46,529 bases of DNA, taken from IMG/VR virus record IMGVR_UViG_3300046062_000023, positions 1 through 46,529 of that record; one strand, 5' to 3'. Origin of the DNA: a virus (lineage: Duplodnaviria; Caudoviricetes). The position numbers and the translations under genes are program-made. A model generated the notes under the pieces. That model searched no databases and was not told the origin of the DNA. It saw nothing but the letters and a program-made list of their open reading frames with translations. Shown piece after piece: positions 34,050 to 44,202 of this stretch. The stretch's first letter is position 1; the number at the start of each line of letters is the position of its first letter.

Positions 34050-34640
34050 ATGCTGACGACTGCCGAAGAAGACCGTCTCGAGGCCGCGCTACCATCGACG
34101 TTCACGGTCGAGTACGAGGGAAACGAGTTCCAGTACGACCTGACGCCGTACTGGGGCGGCTCGGACGTCGACGGCGACGACGCCAGCGACGGACCGGAGT
34201 ACCCGGCGGTCGTATTCGACTGGGACATCCAGGGCGAGCCGGACACCGACCGGCAGCCGCTCGGCGACGTCCGCGCGGTCGAGCCCGGCGGTAAGGACGA
34301 GCTCGTCGAGGTCAACGCGGCCCGTGTCAGGGACGACCTCTCGATCTCGGTCGCGGTCGAGGCGCGCCACGACGCCAACGGCGTCCCGCCGCAGGTTCGG
34401 GGCGGCCAGATCGCCCGGCAGCTGTGGAAGTTCTGCCGGTTCGAACTGGACCTCAACAGCCCGGGTGAGAACGGCCAGCGGCCGATGGTCGCGAACATCC
34501 AGAGCGCGCCGACGCCCGGCCGGGTCGAGCGGACCTACCGCATCGAGTGGGTGGTCCGCCTCCGGCACACGGTCGACCACGAGGTCACGACGGAGGCGAC
34601 GGAAGCCGTCGAGTACGAGGTCGAACAGACGCGAAACTAA
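34050..34640 (+). CDS. Tail completion/terminator protein
   Basis: Position before sheath, YPAVVF. Confidence 0.6.
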   Translation: MLTTAEEDRLEAALPSTFTVEYEGNEFQYDLTPYWGGSDVDGDDASDGPEYPAVVFDWDIQGEPDTDRQPLGDVRAVEPGGKDELVEVNAARVRDDLSISVAVEARHDANGVPPQVRGGQIARQLWKFCRFELDLNSPGENGQRPMVANIQSAPTPGRVERTYRIEWVVRLRHTVDHEVTTEATEAVEYEVEQTRN

Positions 34641-34660
34641 CCTGACAGCAGACCACACGC

Positions 34661-35965
34661 ATGCCAACCACAGTTGTTAACATCGATCTGACCGCAGAAA
34701 TCGCGGCGCGACCGCGGGAGACGCTGACCGATGTCGTCGTGATCGGCACGGCGACGGATCAGCCGCCGGGGGCTGCCTTCGGCGAACTCCGGCAGTACAC
34801 TCGCGCCAGCGACGTATCGAACGACTACGGCGAGGACAGCGATGTCCTCACCACGTCCGAAGCAATCGCAGAGATGGGGGCGCAGCACTGGTACGTGATC
34901 GTCCTCGAGGAGACGGTCGTCCAAGACGAAGACGTCGACGACGGTGCGGCCGTCGTGAACACGCCGATCCTCGGCAAGACCGGCGTCACCGCAGCGGCGC
35001 GAGATGTCGTCTACTCGACCGAGAACCCGCCGGCAGCGCCCGACGCGGGTGAGGTGGCGGTGAACACCGAGTCTGGCGTGATCACGACGGACGACGGCAC
35101 GAGCGCGACGCTCTCGTACTCCCACGTCAACTGGGATGACCTTCAGGTCGTCACCGAGGAGGGCCTCGACGTCGCCACACTCGCGAATGTCGAGGCCGGC
35201 CGTGAGAGCATCGGCGATCTTGACGCCCTTGCGACGTGGGGCGATGAGGCCGGCGTCGGCATCGTCGCGCCGTACGTCGACGCACGAACCGTCGCGGATG
35301 AGTTCGCGGCGATGGAGCTCGCGCATGACGTTGGCACGTACGTGCAGTCGGGCGACCTGCTCACGTACGTCCACAAGTCCGACGAGGACACCGGCGGGTA
35401 CGTACTCGGGCAGCTCGCTCGGAACGACCCTTGGTTCGATCCCTTCTGGGACGGCGAAGGCTACCCGTTCAGCAGCGAGCCGTTCCGGGCAGACCTCGTC
35501 GGCGAACCCGGCGAACTTGGAACGTTCGAGGGCGGCTCCTCGACCAACAACGGCACCGGCCCGACGAACGTCATCATCGAGCCACGCGACGGCACGCTCG
35601 TGCTGTCGAACTCGCTGACGACCGCGGGCACGGAGTCGGACTTCCAGTTCTGGGACGTCGCCCGGACACAGGCGTTCGCCGCCCGGCTCGTCGAGACGGC
35701 GCTGGGCGACCTCCGCCTCCAGGAGAACCGCATCCCGTTCACCGACGACGGCCGGTCGATGATCTCGAGCGAGATCACCGCGGCGCTCTCGGACTACGAG
35801 GGCGGCCCGGAGGACCCCTTCACCGAGGTGGATGTCCAGGTTCCGGCCGTGGAGGACCTCAGCGAAGCGGACCGCGCGGACCGACGGTGGACTGGCATCG
35901 GAATCGACGGAACGCTCAGCGGGAACGGCCACGAGTTCGGCCTCACGCTGAACGTGAGCATCTAA
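34661..35965 (+). CDS. Contractile tail sheath protein
   Basis: RIPFTDDGRSMI..DRADRRW C-terminus; 434 aa. Confidence 0.85.
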   Translation: MPTTVVNIDLTAEIAARPRETLTDVVVIGTATDQPPGAAFGELRQYTRASDVSNDYGEDSDVLTTSEAIAEMGAQHWYVIVLEETVVQDEDVDDGAAVVNTPILGKTGVTAAARDVVYSTENPPAAPDAGEVAVNTESGVITTDDGTSATLSYSHVNWDDLQVVTEEGLDVATLANVEAGRESIGDLDALATWGDEAGVGIVAPYVDARTVADEFAAMELAHDVGTYVQSGDLLTYVHKSDEDTGGYVLGQLARNDPWFDPFWDGEGYPFSSEPFRADLVGEPGELGTFEGGSSTNNGTGPTNVIIEPRDGTLVLSNSLTTAGTESDFQFWDVARTQAFAARLVETALGDLRLQENRIPFTDDGRSMISSEITAALSDYEGGPEDPFTEVDVQVPAVEDLSEADRADRRWTGIGIDGTLSGNGHEFGLTLNVSI

Positions 35966-35974
35966 GAGTAAACC

Positions 35975-36373
35975 ATGCCACAAACACGAGACTTCGACGC
36001 GGACGAGATCTCCGTCATCGTGAACGGAGAGCGCGTGGCCGACCTCGACACGATCGGCTACGACCAGACTCGAGACCACGAGCGCGAACAGACGATGGGC
36101 GACGACGGCAACGTCTGGATCATCGTCAACGGGGAGTACGAGGGGACGGTCGCCGTGAAGGCGACGTCGCCCTCGATCCCGGTCCTGGAGGACATCTTCC
36201 AGAACGCAGAGACGTTCACGCTCGCTGTGAAGTACGCGGAAGCGGAACCGCGAGACGACAGCCACTTCATCGACGCGAAGCTGACCAGCTTCGGGCCGTC
36301 CGACGACTACGAGCAGGACTCGATGCCGATGTACGAGGGCGAGTGGACGGCCGACCAGGTGCGGCACAACTGA
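35975..36373 (+). CDS. Tail tube protein
   Basis: FDADEISVIVNG..ATSPS; follows sheath. Confidence 0.75.
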   Translation: MPQTRDFDADEISVIVNGERVADLDTIGYDQTRDHEREQTMGDDGNVWIIVNGEYEGTVAVKATSPSIPVLEDIFQNAETFTLAVKYAEAEPRDDSHFIDAKLTSFGPSDDYEQDSMPMYEGEWTADQVRHN

Positions 36374-36384
36374 GCTGATTCTCG

Positions 36385-36825
36385 ATGACAGAGGAAACAG
36401 ACCCCGACCCCGAGAGCGAGGAGGCCGTACAGGACGACGTCGATCTCAGCGAGGTAGATGCCTCCGAGATCGACCTCGAAGAGCTCGAGAACCAGGAGTG
36501 GACGCTCGGCGGCGAAGCCGAGGAGGTGATCCAGTTCGCCGGGATGCAGTTCCTCGTCGAGGAACCCGACGACGAGGACCTTCTGAACATGATCGCCGGT
36601 GCGGCCGGCGGTGCAGACGGCGAGGGCGATGGCCTCGACGGCAGTGACCGGATGTTCAAGCTGGTCGAGTCCGCGGTGAAGGCCCCCGAGGTCACGCCCG
36701 AGAAGTGGCGTGAGATGCGCAGCGGCGAGCGCATCGGCCTCGCCATGAAGATCGCCGAGTTCGCGGGCATCCACCAGATGGTGGATTTTCCCGACGCTGG
36801 GCCAAGTCCCCAGCAGGACGCCTGA
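36385..36825 (+). CDS. Tail assembly chaperone (gpG-like)
   Basis: Between tube and TMP; slippery G GAT TTT near its end. Confidence 0.7.
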   Translation: MTEETDPDPESEEAVQDDVDLSEVDASEIDLEELENQEWTLGGEAEEVIQFAGMQFLVEEPDDEDLLNMIAGAAGGADGEGDGLDGSDRMFKLVESAVKAPEVTPEKWREMRSGERIGLAMKIAEFAGIHQMVDFPDAGPSPQQDA

Positions 36826-37037
36826 CCACCACGATCCACAAGGAGACCGGGAAGCCGATCGAAGAGGTCGCCCAGTGGCCGTGGAGAAAACGCCTGTTCT
36901 ACGCCCAATGCTACGACGCAGTCGAGCCGGACACCGAGCAGGCTCAGCAACAGCTGGACCTGCAGGTCCCCGGAGCAGCCCCGCCCGGTGTGACGTCCGG
37001 AGTGGCGCAACGAGACACCGTCATAACAACTAACTGA
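36783..37037 (+). CDS. -1 frameshift extension of the tail chaperone (gpGT-like)
   Basis: -1 frame open from GGATTTT to TGA 37037 (LTTTIHKETGKPIEEVAQWPWRKRLFY), no ATG of its own. Confidence 0.7.
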   Translation, partial: GFSRRWAKSPAGRLTTTIHKETGKPIEEVAQWPWRKRLFYAQCYDAVEPDTEQAQQQLDLQVPGAAPPGVTSGVAQRDTVITTN

Positions 37038-37039
37038 CT

Positions 37040-39790
37040 ATGTTTTCAGGGAATGCTCGACGGATCGCCACGGTCCTGACGGCGGACGACCGCGCCTCGG
37101 GCGAACTACGGAGAGCGGAAGCTGCCGGCGACGATGTCTCCGACTCGATGAGTAACGCCGAGCAGCGGGCCAACGCCCTCGGGTCGGCGTTCGTGGCGGC
37201 CGGCGCCGCGACTGCCGTCCTCACGGGGAGTCTCATCGCGCTCACTCGCCAGCACGGACAGACCGAACAGACGTTTGCCCGACTGGGGGTCGTCACTGGA
37301 TCGACCAACGAGGAGATGGAGACGCTGCGGTCGACGGCGATGCAGCTGGGCGTTGACCTCCCGATCGCGATCCGCGACGCCGCGGACGCGATGGAGCAGC
37401 TGGCGTTCGCTGGCTTCAGCGCCCAGGAGGCTGTTGACGCGGCGACCGGTGTCGCGAACCTCGCGGTCGCCTCGTCACTCAACATGGGCGAGGCCGCCCG
37501 GACGACGGCCTCCTCGCTCCGGATGTTCGGCCTCGAGGCCGAGCAGACGTCGACGGTGACCGCGACGATGGCCGCGACGTTCAGCAACTCCGCGACGAAC
37601 ATCCGCGAGATGAGTCAGGCCATCGAGTACGTCGGCGCGACCGCAGCGACAGCTGGCGTTTCCATTCAAGAGGTGTCTGCGGCGGTCGGCGTGCTCGCCG
37701 ATCGCGGTATCCGGGCCTCCCGGGCCGGGACCGCGCTAAACACCACGCTCCAACGCATCATCTCCGGCACGGGCGGAGCAGCCGACGCCCTCGCGGAGAT
37801 CGGCGTCTCCATTGAGGACATCACGGACTCGCAAGGCCAACTCCGCGACCTCTCGTACGTGCTCGGGACGCTCGGCGCGGGGATGGAAGATCTCGAGTCG
37901 GACGCCGAGCGGATGCGTGTCGCGACCGAACTTGCCGGGCGTCGAGGCGCGCGCGCACTCCTCCCGCTGCTGGAGTCGACTGAGGAGCTGAACGAGAAGC
38001 TCGGGGACAGCTTCCGCTCCGAGATCAAGGCGTCGATCGGGGAACTTTCCCAGCTCAACGCCGAGGAACTCGAGGGCGTTTCCGAGGCGCTCGGGATGGA
38101 GGTCGACCGGAATATCACGCCCCGCGAACTGGTCGAGGGGCTTCGCGAGCTCAGCGAGGAGGGCGAGAGCACCGAGGAGATCGCCCAGCGGCTGCAGGTC
38201 GGGCTGAACCTCTCCGGTGACGCCGCGCGGACGCTCGCGAACGACATCCAGAACACGAACAACTCCGTCGAGGAACTCGCCGAGGGCATCGGCGGCGCGA
38301 CGACCGCGGCGGACATCGCGGCCTCGCAGATGTCGACCACCGCGGGGATGGTGGAGTTCATGCGGTCGAGTTTCTCCGCGCTCACGTTCACCATCTACAC
38401 GGGGGCCGGACCGGCGATCACTTGGTTCAACGGCAAACTGGCCGCCGGGATCAACATCCTGAACAACAACGAGAACGCGATGATGGCCGTCGGGTCCGCC
38501 TTGGCCGTCCTCACGGGCGCGCTCGGCGCCGCAACGGTCGCGCTCGGTGCGATGTGGGTCGAGGCAAAGCTGGCCGCCGTCGCGGAGGCTGGTCTGGCTA
38601 CGAGCACCTACTCTGGAGCGGCCGCGATGTGGGCGTACACCTCGGCTGCCAGAGCGAAGAACGCGGCTATCTGGCTGATGACCGCCTCAACCAGCACGCT
38701 GACCGCCGCGATCACCGCGAAGACGGCCGCCCTCTGGGGTTCCGTGACGGCGCTATTCGCCAACGCGACAGCAGCGGGCGTCGGAACGGCGGCTCTCGGC
38801 CTCCTCACCGCGGGGTTCGGCGCTGCCGCAGCGGGGGCCTACGCACTCTGGAACGCCCTCGGCCCCATCGGCTGGGCGGTCCTCGCGATCGGAGCCGCGA
38901 TCGCCATCCTCGTCGGGCTGATCCAGACCGACTTTCTCGGCGCGGGTGACGCCGCTGCGGGCGTCCTAGGCGGGGTCGGTGACGCTGCCGGGACCGCCGC
39001 GGGCGCGGTCACGCAGCTCGTCGGCATCCTCTACGAGATCGTCCGGATCGGCGCGACGATCGCCGCGCTCTCGCTGCTCGCTCCGTTCGCCGCGCTGCTC
39101 GTGTTCCTCTCGGATCCCGGGAAGTGGATCAACGCCGGGAAGGACGTCATCGCGGGCATCGGCCGCGGCATCATGGGCGCGGGGAACGCCCTGATCGACC
39201 CGCTCCGCGAGCCCGTGCAGAACGCAATCGACTTCATCACGTCGCCCTCGAAGTGGGCCAAAGCCGGCGCTGGTCTCGTCGGCGCGGTCGCCGGCGGGAT
39301 CGCTGGAAAGGCCGGCGACGTCGTCGGCGCTGTTGGAGACGTTGCTGGAAAGGCGCGGTCGATGCTCCCGTTCAGCGACGCGGAGCAGGGGCCGCTCTCT
39401 GACCTCTCGAAGAGCGGCGGCGCTCTCGTCCAGACGCTCGTCGGCGGCATCCAGGGCGAGGGTGGCGCGCTCCCGAACGTTCTTGGAAACGTCCTCGGCG
39501 GCGCGCCGATCCCCGGCCTGGGCGGCGCTGCGGCTGCCCTCGGCGGCGGTGCTGGCGGCGCGCTCGCTGGCGCGGCCGGCGGCGGCCCTGCGGGCGGCAA
39601 ACCGGTCAACATCACGCTGAACCAGACGAACAACTTCGAGGGCGTCTCGCCCGACGAGGACCTCGAACAGCGGATCGCAGAGGCGACCGAGAGCGGCGGG
39701 ACAGCGGGTCTCGAACAGCTCGAGAAGCGCCTCCAGCGAGCCGTGGGCCTCGAAGGCAACGACGAGGAGAACAGCGAGGAGGAAAGTTAG
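37040..39790 (+). CDS. Tail tape measure protein
   Basis: 916 aa, Ala/Gly-rich, LADRGIRASRAGTAL core, GPIGW, hydrophobic segments. Confidence 0.92.
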   Translation: MFSGNARRIATVLTADDRASGELRRAEAAGDDVSDSMSNAEQRANALGSAFVAAGAATAVLTGSLIALTRQHGQTEQTFARLGVVTGSTNEEMETLRSTAMQLGVDLPIAIRDAADAMEQLAFAGFSAQEAVDAATGVANLAVASSLNMGEAARTTASSLRMFGLEAEQTSTVTATMAATFSNSATNIREMSQAIEYVGATAATAGVSIQEVSAAVGVLADRGIRASRAGTALNTTLQRIISGTGGAADALAEIGVSIEDITDSQGQLRDLSYVLGTLGAGMEDLESDAERMRVATELAGRRGARALLPLLESTEELNEKLGDSFRSEIKASIGELSQLNAEELEGVSEALGMEVDRNITPRELVEGLRELSEEGESTEEIAQRLQVGLNLSGDAARTLANDIQNTNNSVEELAEGIGGATTAADIAASQMSTTAGMVEFMRSSFSALTFTIYTGAGPAITWFNGKLAAGINILNNNENAMMAVGSALAVLTGALGAATVALGAMWVEAKLAAVAEAGLATSTYSGAAAMWAYTSAARAKNAAIWLMTASTSTLTAAITAKTAALWGSVTALFANATAAGVGTAALGLLTAGFGAAAAGAYALWNALGPIGWAVLAIGAAIAILVGLIQTDFLGAGDAAAGVLGGVGDAAGTAAGAVTQLVGILYEIVRIGATIAALSLLAPFAALLVFLSDPGKWINAGKDVIAGIGRGIMGAGNALIDPLREPVQNAIDFITSPSKWAKAGAGLVGAVAGGIAGKAGDVVGAVGDVAGKARSMLPFSDAEQGPLSDLSKSGGALVQTLVGGIQGEGGALPNVLGNVLGGAPIPGLGGAAAALGGGAGGALAGAAGGGPAGGKPVNITLNQTNNFEGVSPDEDLEQRIAEATESGGTAGLEQLEKRLQRAVGLEGNDEENSEEES

Positions 39791-39793
39791 ATC

Positions 39794-40330
39794 ATGCCAG
39801 AAATCGTCACCATCGGAACCATCGTCTTTGTCGGCGAGAGTGGCGTCACGAACGCCTCGGAAAAGGGGGGCTGGAACGCCCCCGAGAAGCGCGTCGAGAC
39901 CGGCTACGAGTACGACTCATTCGTCCGACCGGAGCCGACCGAGGCGTCGATCGAGGCGGTCGTCGACGAGTCGACTTACAACGAACTGTTGCGGATTCGG
40001 GAGCGGGGCGAGCCGTTCCCTGCGTCCGTCGGCCAAGTGAATCTCTCGCGCGCGAAGCTCACTAACCTCAGCACCGACAACGACGCGCAACGGTCGCACT
40101 ACACAGTCACCATCGATATCAGGGAGATCACCGAGGCCCGAATCGAGACGGCCGAGGTCTCTATCCAGACCGACGACGAGGAGGGCGGCGCCTTGGGAAG
40201 CGCCGCGGCCGGCGTCGAACCATCGGTCGCCCAAAGCGAGGACGCAGGCGGGAACGCTGAGGATTCCTCCGACGGCGGCATCGTGAACACGCTTTCCTCA
40301 TTCCGGGAAGACCTCTCGGGGGTCCTGTAG
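39794..40330 (+). CDS. Tail tube initiator / baseplate protein
   Basis: Follows TMP; VETG..DS..P motif. Confidence 0.55.
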   Translation: MPEIVTIGTIVFVGESGVTNASEKGGWNAPEKRVETGYEYDSFVRPEPTEASIEAVVDESTYNELLRIRERGEPFPASVGQVNLSRAKLTNLSTDNDAQRSHYTVTIDIREITEARIETAEVSIQTDDEEGGALGSAAAGVEPSVAQSEDAGGNAEDSSDGGIVNTLSSFREDLSGVL

Positions 40331-40675
40331 ATGCTTGAACGCATTCCGATCCCGGCCGACCGCGCCCAAGAGCGACGGCCGATCCATCTGGAGTTCATCC
40401 CGCAGGCGTTCCCCAGCCAGCGCTTCGCCATCCGCCTCGACTGGAACAACCACCTCGGCAAGTGGATCGTCGAGATCGAGCACCTCCGTCGCGAGTTCCG
40501 CGTCACGAAGGCAACCGCGACACCGTACCGGCCGTACTCGTACATGCCGTACCTCGTCTTCGCGTTCTTCGATCCGACCGGAAAACAGACGGAGATTACG
40601 CCCACGAACCTCGGAGACGGGATGCACCTGTACGTCCTGCCGGGGCCGTCCGGGAGAGCGGTCGAGGAGGACTGA
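40331..40675 (+). CDS. Baseplate protein
   Basis: Position; F.IRLDWN..KW. Confidence 0.55.
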   Translation: MLERIPIPADRAQERRPIHLEFIPQAFPSQRFAIRLDWNNHLGKWIVEIEHLRREFRVTKATATPYRPYSYMPYLVFAFFDPTGKQTEITPTNLGDGMHLYVLPGPSGRAVEED

Positions 40676-40678
40676 CCG

Positions 40679-41509
40679 ATGAGGGTCTGGCGGCAGCATC
40701 GGAGCGTCGACGCGGGCGAGGTCAACCTCGACGGCCTCGATATCGACATCACCGTTCGGAAGCCGAAGGACGACCCGCTGGAGTTCGAGGTCCTGGTCTG
40801 GAACCTCACACCCGAGTCGTGGGACCGGATCGACGACGACGATCTTGCGCGGATTGAGCTCGGCTGGGTCAACGGCGACCGAGAGACAGTCTGCCTCGGG
40901 AAGATCACCGACACCTCGCGGACGCCCAGCGAGGGCGACGTCGAGTACAAAATCGAGGGTGTCGACGAAAGCGAGGCGGCGACGCACGCCCGCATCTCGA
41001 ACACTTGGAAGGACCGCCGACCCGACCAGATCGCGTCGGACATCGCCGAAGAGATCGGCCTCTCGGCGTCGACGGAGACGGCTGGAAAGCCGATCCGCGG
41101 CCGATGGTCGGCCTCCAGAGACCAGAAGGTCCGCGACTGGCTCGACGAGCTGCTCGACTACGCGGCCGAGTTCACGGGCCAGGATTGGGAGTGGTTCGCC
41201 ACGCGCGGCCAGCTGTACTTCGTCCCGCGGAACCAGGAGGTTGCCCAGGCCCCACAACTCAGCTACGAGGGGATGCTGATCTCGATCGGCGAGAAGTCAG
41301 GCAGCGAAGAAGATGTCGAGGGACAGCTGGAGTTCGAGGCGATGCTCGAGCCACGCATCCAGAAGGGAGCGGTCGTCTACGTAGACACCGACCGCTTCGA
41401 GGGCGCGTACCGCGTCAAAGACTACGAGTTCACGTCGTCGACGGAGACGGGCGACCACATGGTCCAAGGCACGATCCTCCCGGTTGAGGCCGACTACTCG
41501 GTTGAGTGA
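40679..41509 (+). CDS. Baseplate hub protein
   Basis: VWNL..ELGW..G..; LEPRI.KG..V..GAYRV. Confidence 0.7.
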   Translation: MRVWRQHRSVDAGEVNLDGLDIDITVRKPKDDPLEFEVLVWNLTPESWDRIDDDDLARIELGWVNGDRETVCLGKITDTSRTPSEGDVEYKIEGVDESEAATHARISNTWKDRRPDQIASDIAEEIGLSASTETAGKPIRGRWSASRDQKVRDWLDELLDYAAEFTGQDWEWFATRGQLYFVPRNQEVAQAPQLSYEGMLISIGEKSGSEEDVEGQLEFEAMLEPRIQKGAVVYVDTDRFEGAYRVKDYEFTSSTETGDHMVQGTILPVEADYSVE

Positions 41510-41517
41510 GGTGAAAC

Positions 41518-41661
41518 ATGCACGCATGGAGCCAAGGCAGAATAGACTGCACGAACTGCGACGGAGAAGCGACGGCACAGACCGACCAGTGGGGTCGAAC
41601 GACACACTTCGAGTGCCCCGACTGCGGGTGTGAGATCGACCGCGAGGACGGCCGCCGATGA
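41518..41661 (+). CDS. Small CPxCG Zn-finger protein (47 aa)
   Basis: CTNC..FECPDCG; GAGGTGA SD; ATGA overlap; not in ORF track. Confidence 0.65.
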   Translation: MHAWSQGRIDCTNCDGEATAQTDQWGRTTHFECPDCGCEIDREDGRR

Positions 41662-42209
41662 CGGTCAACATCGTGCAGGCACTCCGCCTGTTCATCCAGT
41701 CCGAGATCCAGGGCATCTACACGGTCTCGATGGTCGTCGTCGAGGCCGTCGACGAGGACACCCGGCGGGCGGAGGTGTCGATGAAAGCCGACGAGAACGT
41801 GATCATCGACAACGTCCCGGTCGCCTCGCCGTTCGCAGCGGACGGCGCCGGGATGATCGTCCCGGTCAGCCGGGGCGACGAAGGCCTTCTCCTGCACTCA
41901 AAGGACCCGCTGGACGACCTGATCCAGGAGCACGGCCACCAGGAGCCGAGCGGCGACCGCCGCTTCACGCTCGAGGCCGGCGTGCTTTTCCCGATGATCT
42001 GGCTCGACGAAGACGACGTCCCCGCCCACGAGGCCGGGGAGTTCCTCATCGACCTGGGCGAGGGTGCGCCGGAACTCCGGATGAACCCCGAGTCCGGTGC
42101 GTTCCAACTGGTCGACGGCAGCGGTCACGGCATCGTCTCGGACGGCGAGGGGAACTTCAAGTGGTACGCCTCGTCCGTCGACGTCGTCGAGGGGACGATC
42201 GGCGGGTGA
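41658..42209 (+). CDS. Baseplate spike (gpV/gp138-like)
   Basis: IDNVPV..P..PVSRGDEGLLL OB-fold pattern. Confidence 0.75.
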   Translation: MTVNIVQALRLFIQSEIQGIYTVSMVVVEAVDEDTRRAEVSMKADENVIIDNVPVASPFAADGAGMIVPVSRGDEGLLLHSKDPLDDLIQEHGHQEPSGDRRFTLEAGVLFPMIWLDEDDVPAHEAGEFLIDLGEGAPELRMNPESGAFQLVDGSGHGIVSDGEGNFKWYASSVDVVEGTIGG

Positions 42210-42211
42210 CC

Positions 42212-42574
42212 ATGTCCGAGAACGTCGCGCTGGTCGGCGCTCCGTGCGAAGCGGACGGCCACCCCTCGGAGTGTACGGAGCCGGCCCCCGGCACGGTCGA
42301 GGAGACAGCCGCCTCCCCCCTCTCGGTTGAGGGCGTCGACGTCGCGAGCCACGGGACCGCGGTGATGCACTTCCCGGGCCACTCGCACGACTACAGCAAG
42401 GAGGACGGCTGTATCGCGGTGCAGTCGCACGACCTGACGCCGGACCAGGACGCGCTCCTGACGGTCAACGGGGAGCCGGTGATGCGCATCGGTGACTCGA
42501 CGGCCGACCCCGGTTCCGGCGGGACCGCGGAGATCACCGACCACGGCGGTAACGAGGTCTTGACAGTAGAATGA
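42212..42574 (+). CDS. PAAR-like spike tip
   Basis: His/Cys ligands; LSVEGVDVASHG and LTVNGEPVMRIGD repeats. Confidence 0.65.
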   Translation: MSENVALVGAPCEADGHPSECTEPAPGTVEETAASPLSVEGVDVASHGTAVMHFPGHSHDYSKEDGCIAVQSHDLTPDQDALLTVNGEPVMRIGDSTADPGSGGTAEITDHGGNEVLTVE

Positions 42575-42936
42575 AATTCAAACGCACACTGGCGCTCGAG
42601 GCGAACGGCGATCTGAAGCTCGAGAACGGCGAACTCGTCTGGATCGAGGGGCCGCCCGCGGTCGAGCAAGAGCTGAAGACGATGCTCGCGACCGTCCGCG
42701 CGGAGGACCCGTTCGACGAGGAGCACGGCCTGCGCGTGTTCGAGGTGGCCGGCGCGGCGCCGGCGATCATCGAGCGCGAGGTCCGAGATGCACTCCTCCG
42801 GGACGACCGCGTGTCGACGGTCGACAGCATCGACATCGACGACTCGCTGGACGGCCCCGATTCCCGGCAGGTCAAAGTCTCGGTTCAGGTGACGCTCGTC
42901 GACGAGACGCCACTGGAGTTTTCAACCGAGGTATGA
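42571..42936 (+). CDS. Baseplate wedge / sheath initiator (gp25/W-like)
   Basis: EDPFDEEHG..ALLRDDRV. Confidence 0.7.
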   Translation: MKFKRTLALEANGDLKLENGELVWIEGPPAVEQELKTMLATVRAEDPFDEEHGLRVFEVAGAAPAIIEREVRDALLRDDRVSTVDSIDIDDSLDGPDSRQVKVSVQVTLVDETPLEFSTEV

Positions 42937-42942
42937 CCCACC

Positions 42943-44202
42943 ATGAGTGACTACGGCATCGGCGACGACGGCAGTTTCACACGCAAGCATATCGACACCA
43001 TCCGCGAGGACGTTCGCGACGACGTCCAGGGTGAGACCGGCAGCGACGTCTCGGTCCGCCAGGGCGCGCCACTCCGTCAGATCATCGACGGCATGGCGGT
43101 CGAGTTCGCCCACCAGTGGGAAGTCCTCGAACAGGTGTACTACGCCGGGTTCTACGAGGACTCCTTCGGCGAGCAGCTCGACAAGCAACTCGCGCTGGCA
43201 GGGTTCTCCCGGCTCGCAGCGCGGAGCGCGACCGGCGAGGTCGAGTTCTCGCGCGCCCAGGCGGCGGACGACGACATCACGATCCCCGAGGGGACTGTGG
43301 TGACGACGCGCCGGACGGAAACGAAGCCGGAGATCCCCTTCGAGACGACCGAGGAGGTCATCCTTTCGGCGGGGTCGACCACGGTCACCGCGCCGATCGA
43401 GGCACTGAAGCCCTGGCAGTCGGATCTCGACGAGGACTGGCTCGGCGCGGAGACGAACGTCGCCGCCGACACCATCGACCGCATCGACGACGCGATCGCC
43501 GGGATCGAGGCGGTGACGAACCTCGATCCAACCGGCGACGAGGACCTCGGCTACGTCAGCGGTCGCGACCGGGAGTCTGATGCCGAGTTCAAGCTCCGGT
43601 ACGAGAACAGTCTCGCCGGGGGCGGGACGTCGACGGGGCCAGCGATGGAGTCGCGGATCTTCAACTACGACGAGGACATCATCTCCGTTCGCGTCGACGA
43701 GGTCCGCAACGATCAGGACGGCTACGGTCCCCGGGTGACGGTCTTCGCTCCCGGCGTCGTCGACGACGATATCGCGCAGGCCATCCTGGAGTCCCGGGCG
43801 GCCGGTACGGAGTCGATAGGCGGCGCCTCGGGAACTGCCGAGTTCGATGACGGCACGGGGTCGACCGAGGAGTTCGACCGGGCGACGGAAGTCACGGTTT
43901 ACGTTGACGCTCAGCTCACGACATCGGACGCCTTCCCCGCGGACGGAGTCGAGCGGATCCGCGATCGCATCATCCGTTACGTCGGGGGCAAGGCCTCCGA
44001 CGGGATCACCTACCCCGGGCTCGAGATCGGCGAGGACGCCATCTACGACCAGATCTTCCGGCGCGTGATGGAGGTCGGCGGCGTGATCGAGGCCGATCTG
44101 CAGATCGGCGACGACAGCGCGAATCTCGCCGAGGCCAACATCGCGGTCGGCGACCGTGAGGCGGCGATGACCGGGATTGACGAGGTCACTGTCAATGAGT
44201 GA
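42943..44202 (+). CDS. Baseplate J-like protein
   Basis: GEQLD..R..ATGEV.F..IPEGT; GRDRESDAEFKLR. Confidence 0.9.
   Translation: MSDYGIGDDGSFTRKHIDTIREDVRDDVQGETGSDVSVRQGAPLRQIIDGMAVEFAHQWEVLEQVYYAGFYEDSFGEQLDKQLALAGFSRLAARSATGEVEFSRAQAADDDITIPEGTVVTTRRTETKPEIPFETTEEVILSAGSTTVTAPIEALKPWQSDLDEDWLGAETNVAADTIDRIDDAIAGIEAVTNLDPTGDEDLGYVSGRDRESDAEFKLRYENSLAGGGTSTGPAMESRIFNYDEDIISVRVDEVRNDQDGYGPRVTVFAPGVVDDDIAQAILESRAAGTESIGGASGTAEFDDGTGSTEEFDRATEVTVYVDAQLTTSDAFPADGVERIRDRIIRYVGGKASDGITYPGLEIGEDAIYDQIFRRVMEVGGVIEADLQIGDDSANLAEANIAVGDREAAMTGIDEVTVNE

Noticed and set aside
5010-38970. Scarcity of CTAG (I noticed only about four)
   Set aside because: General haloarchaeal feature; not counted rigorously
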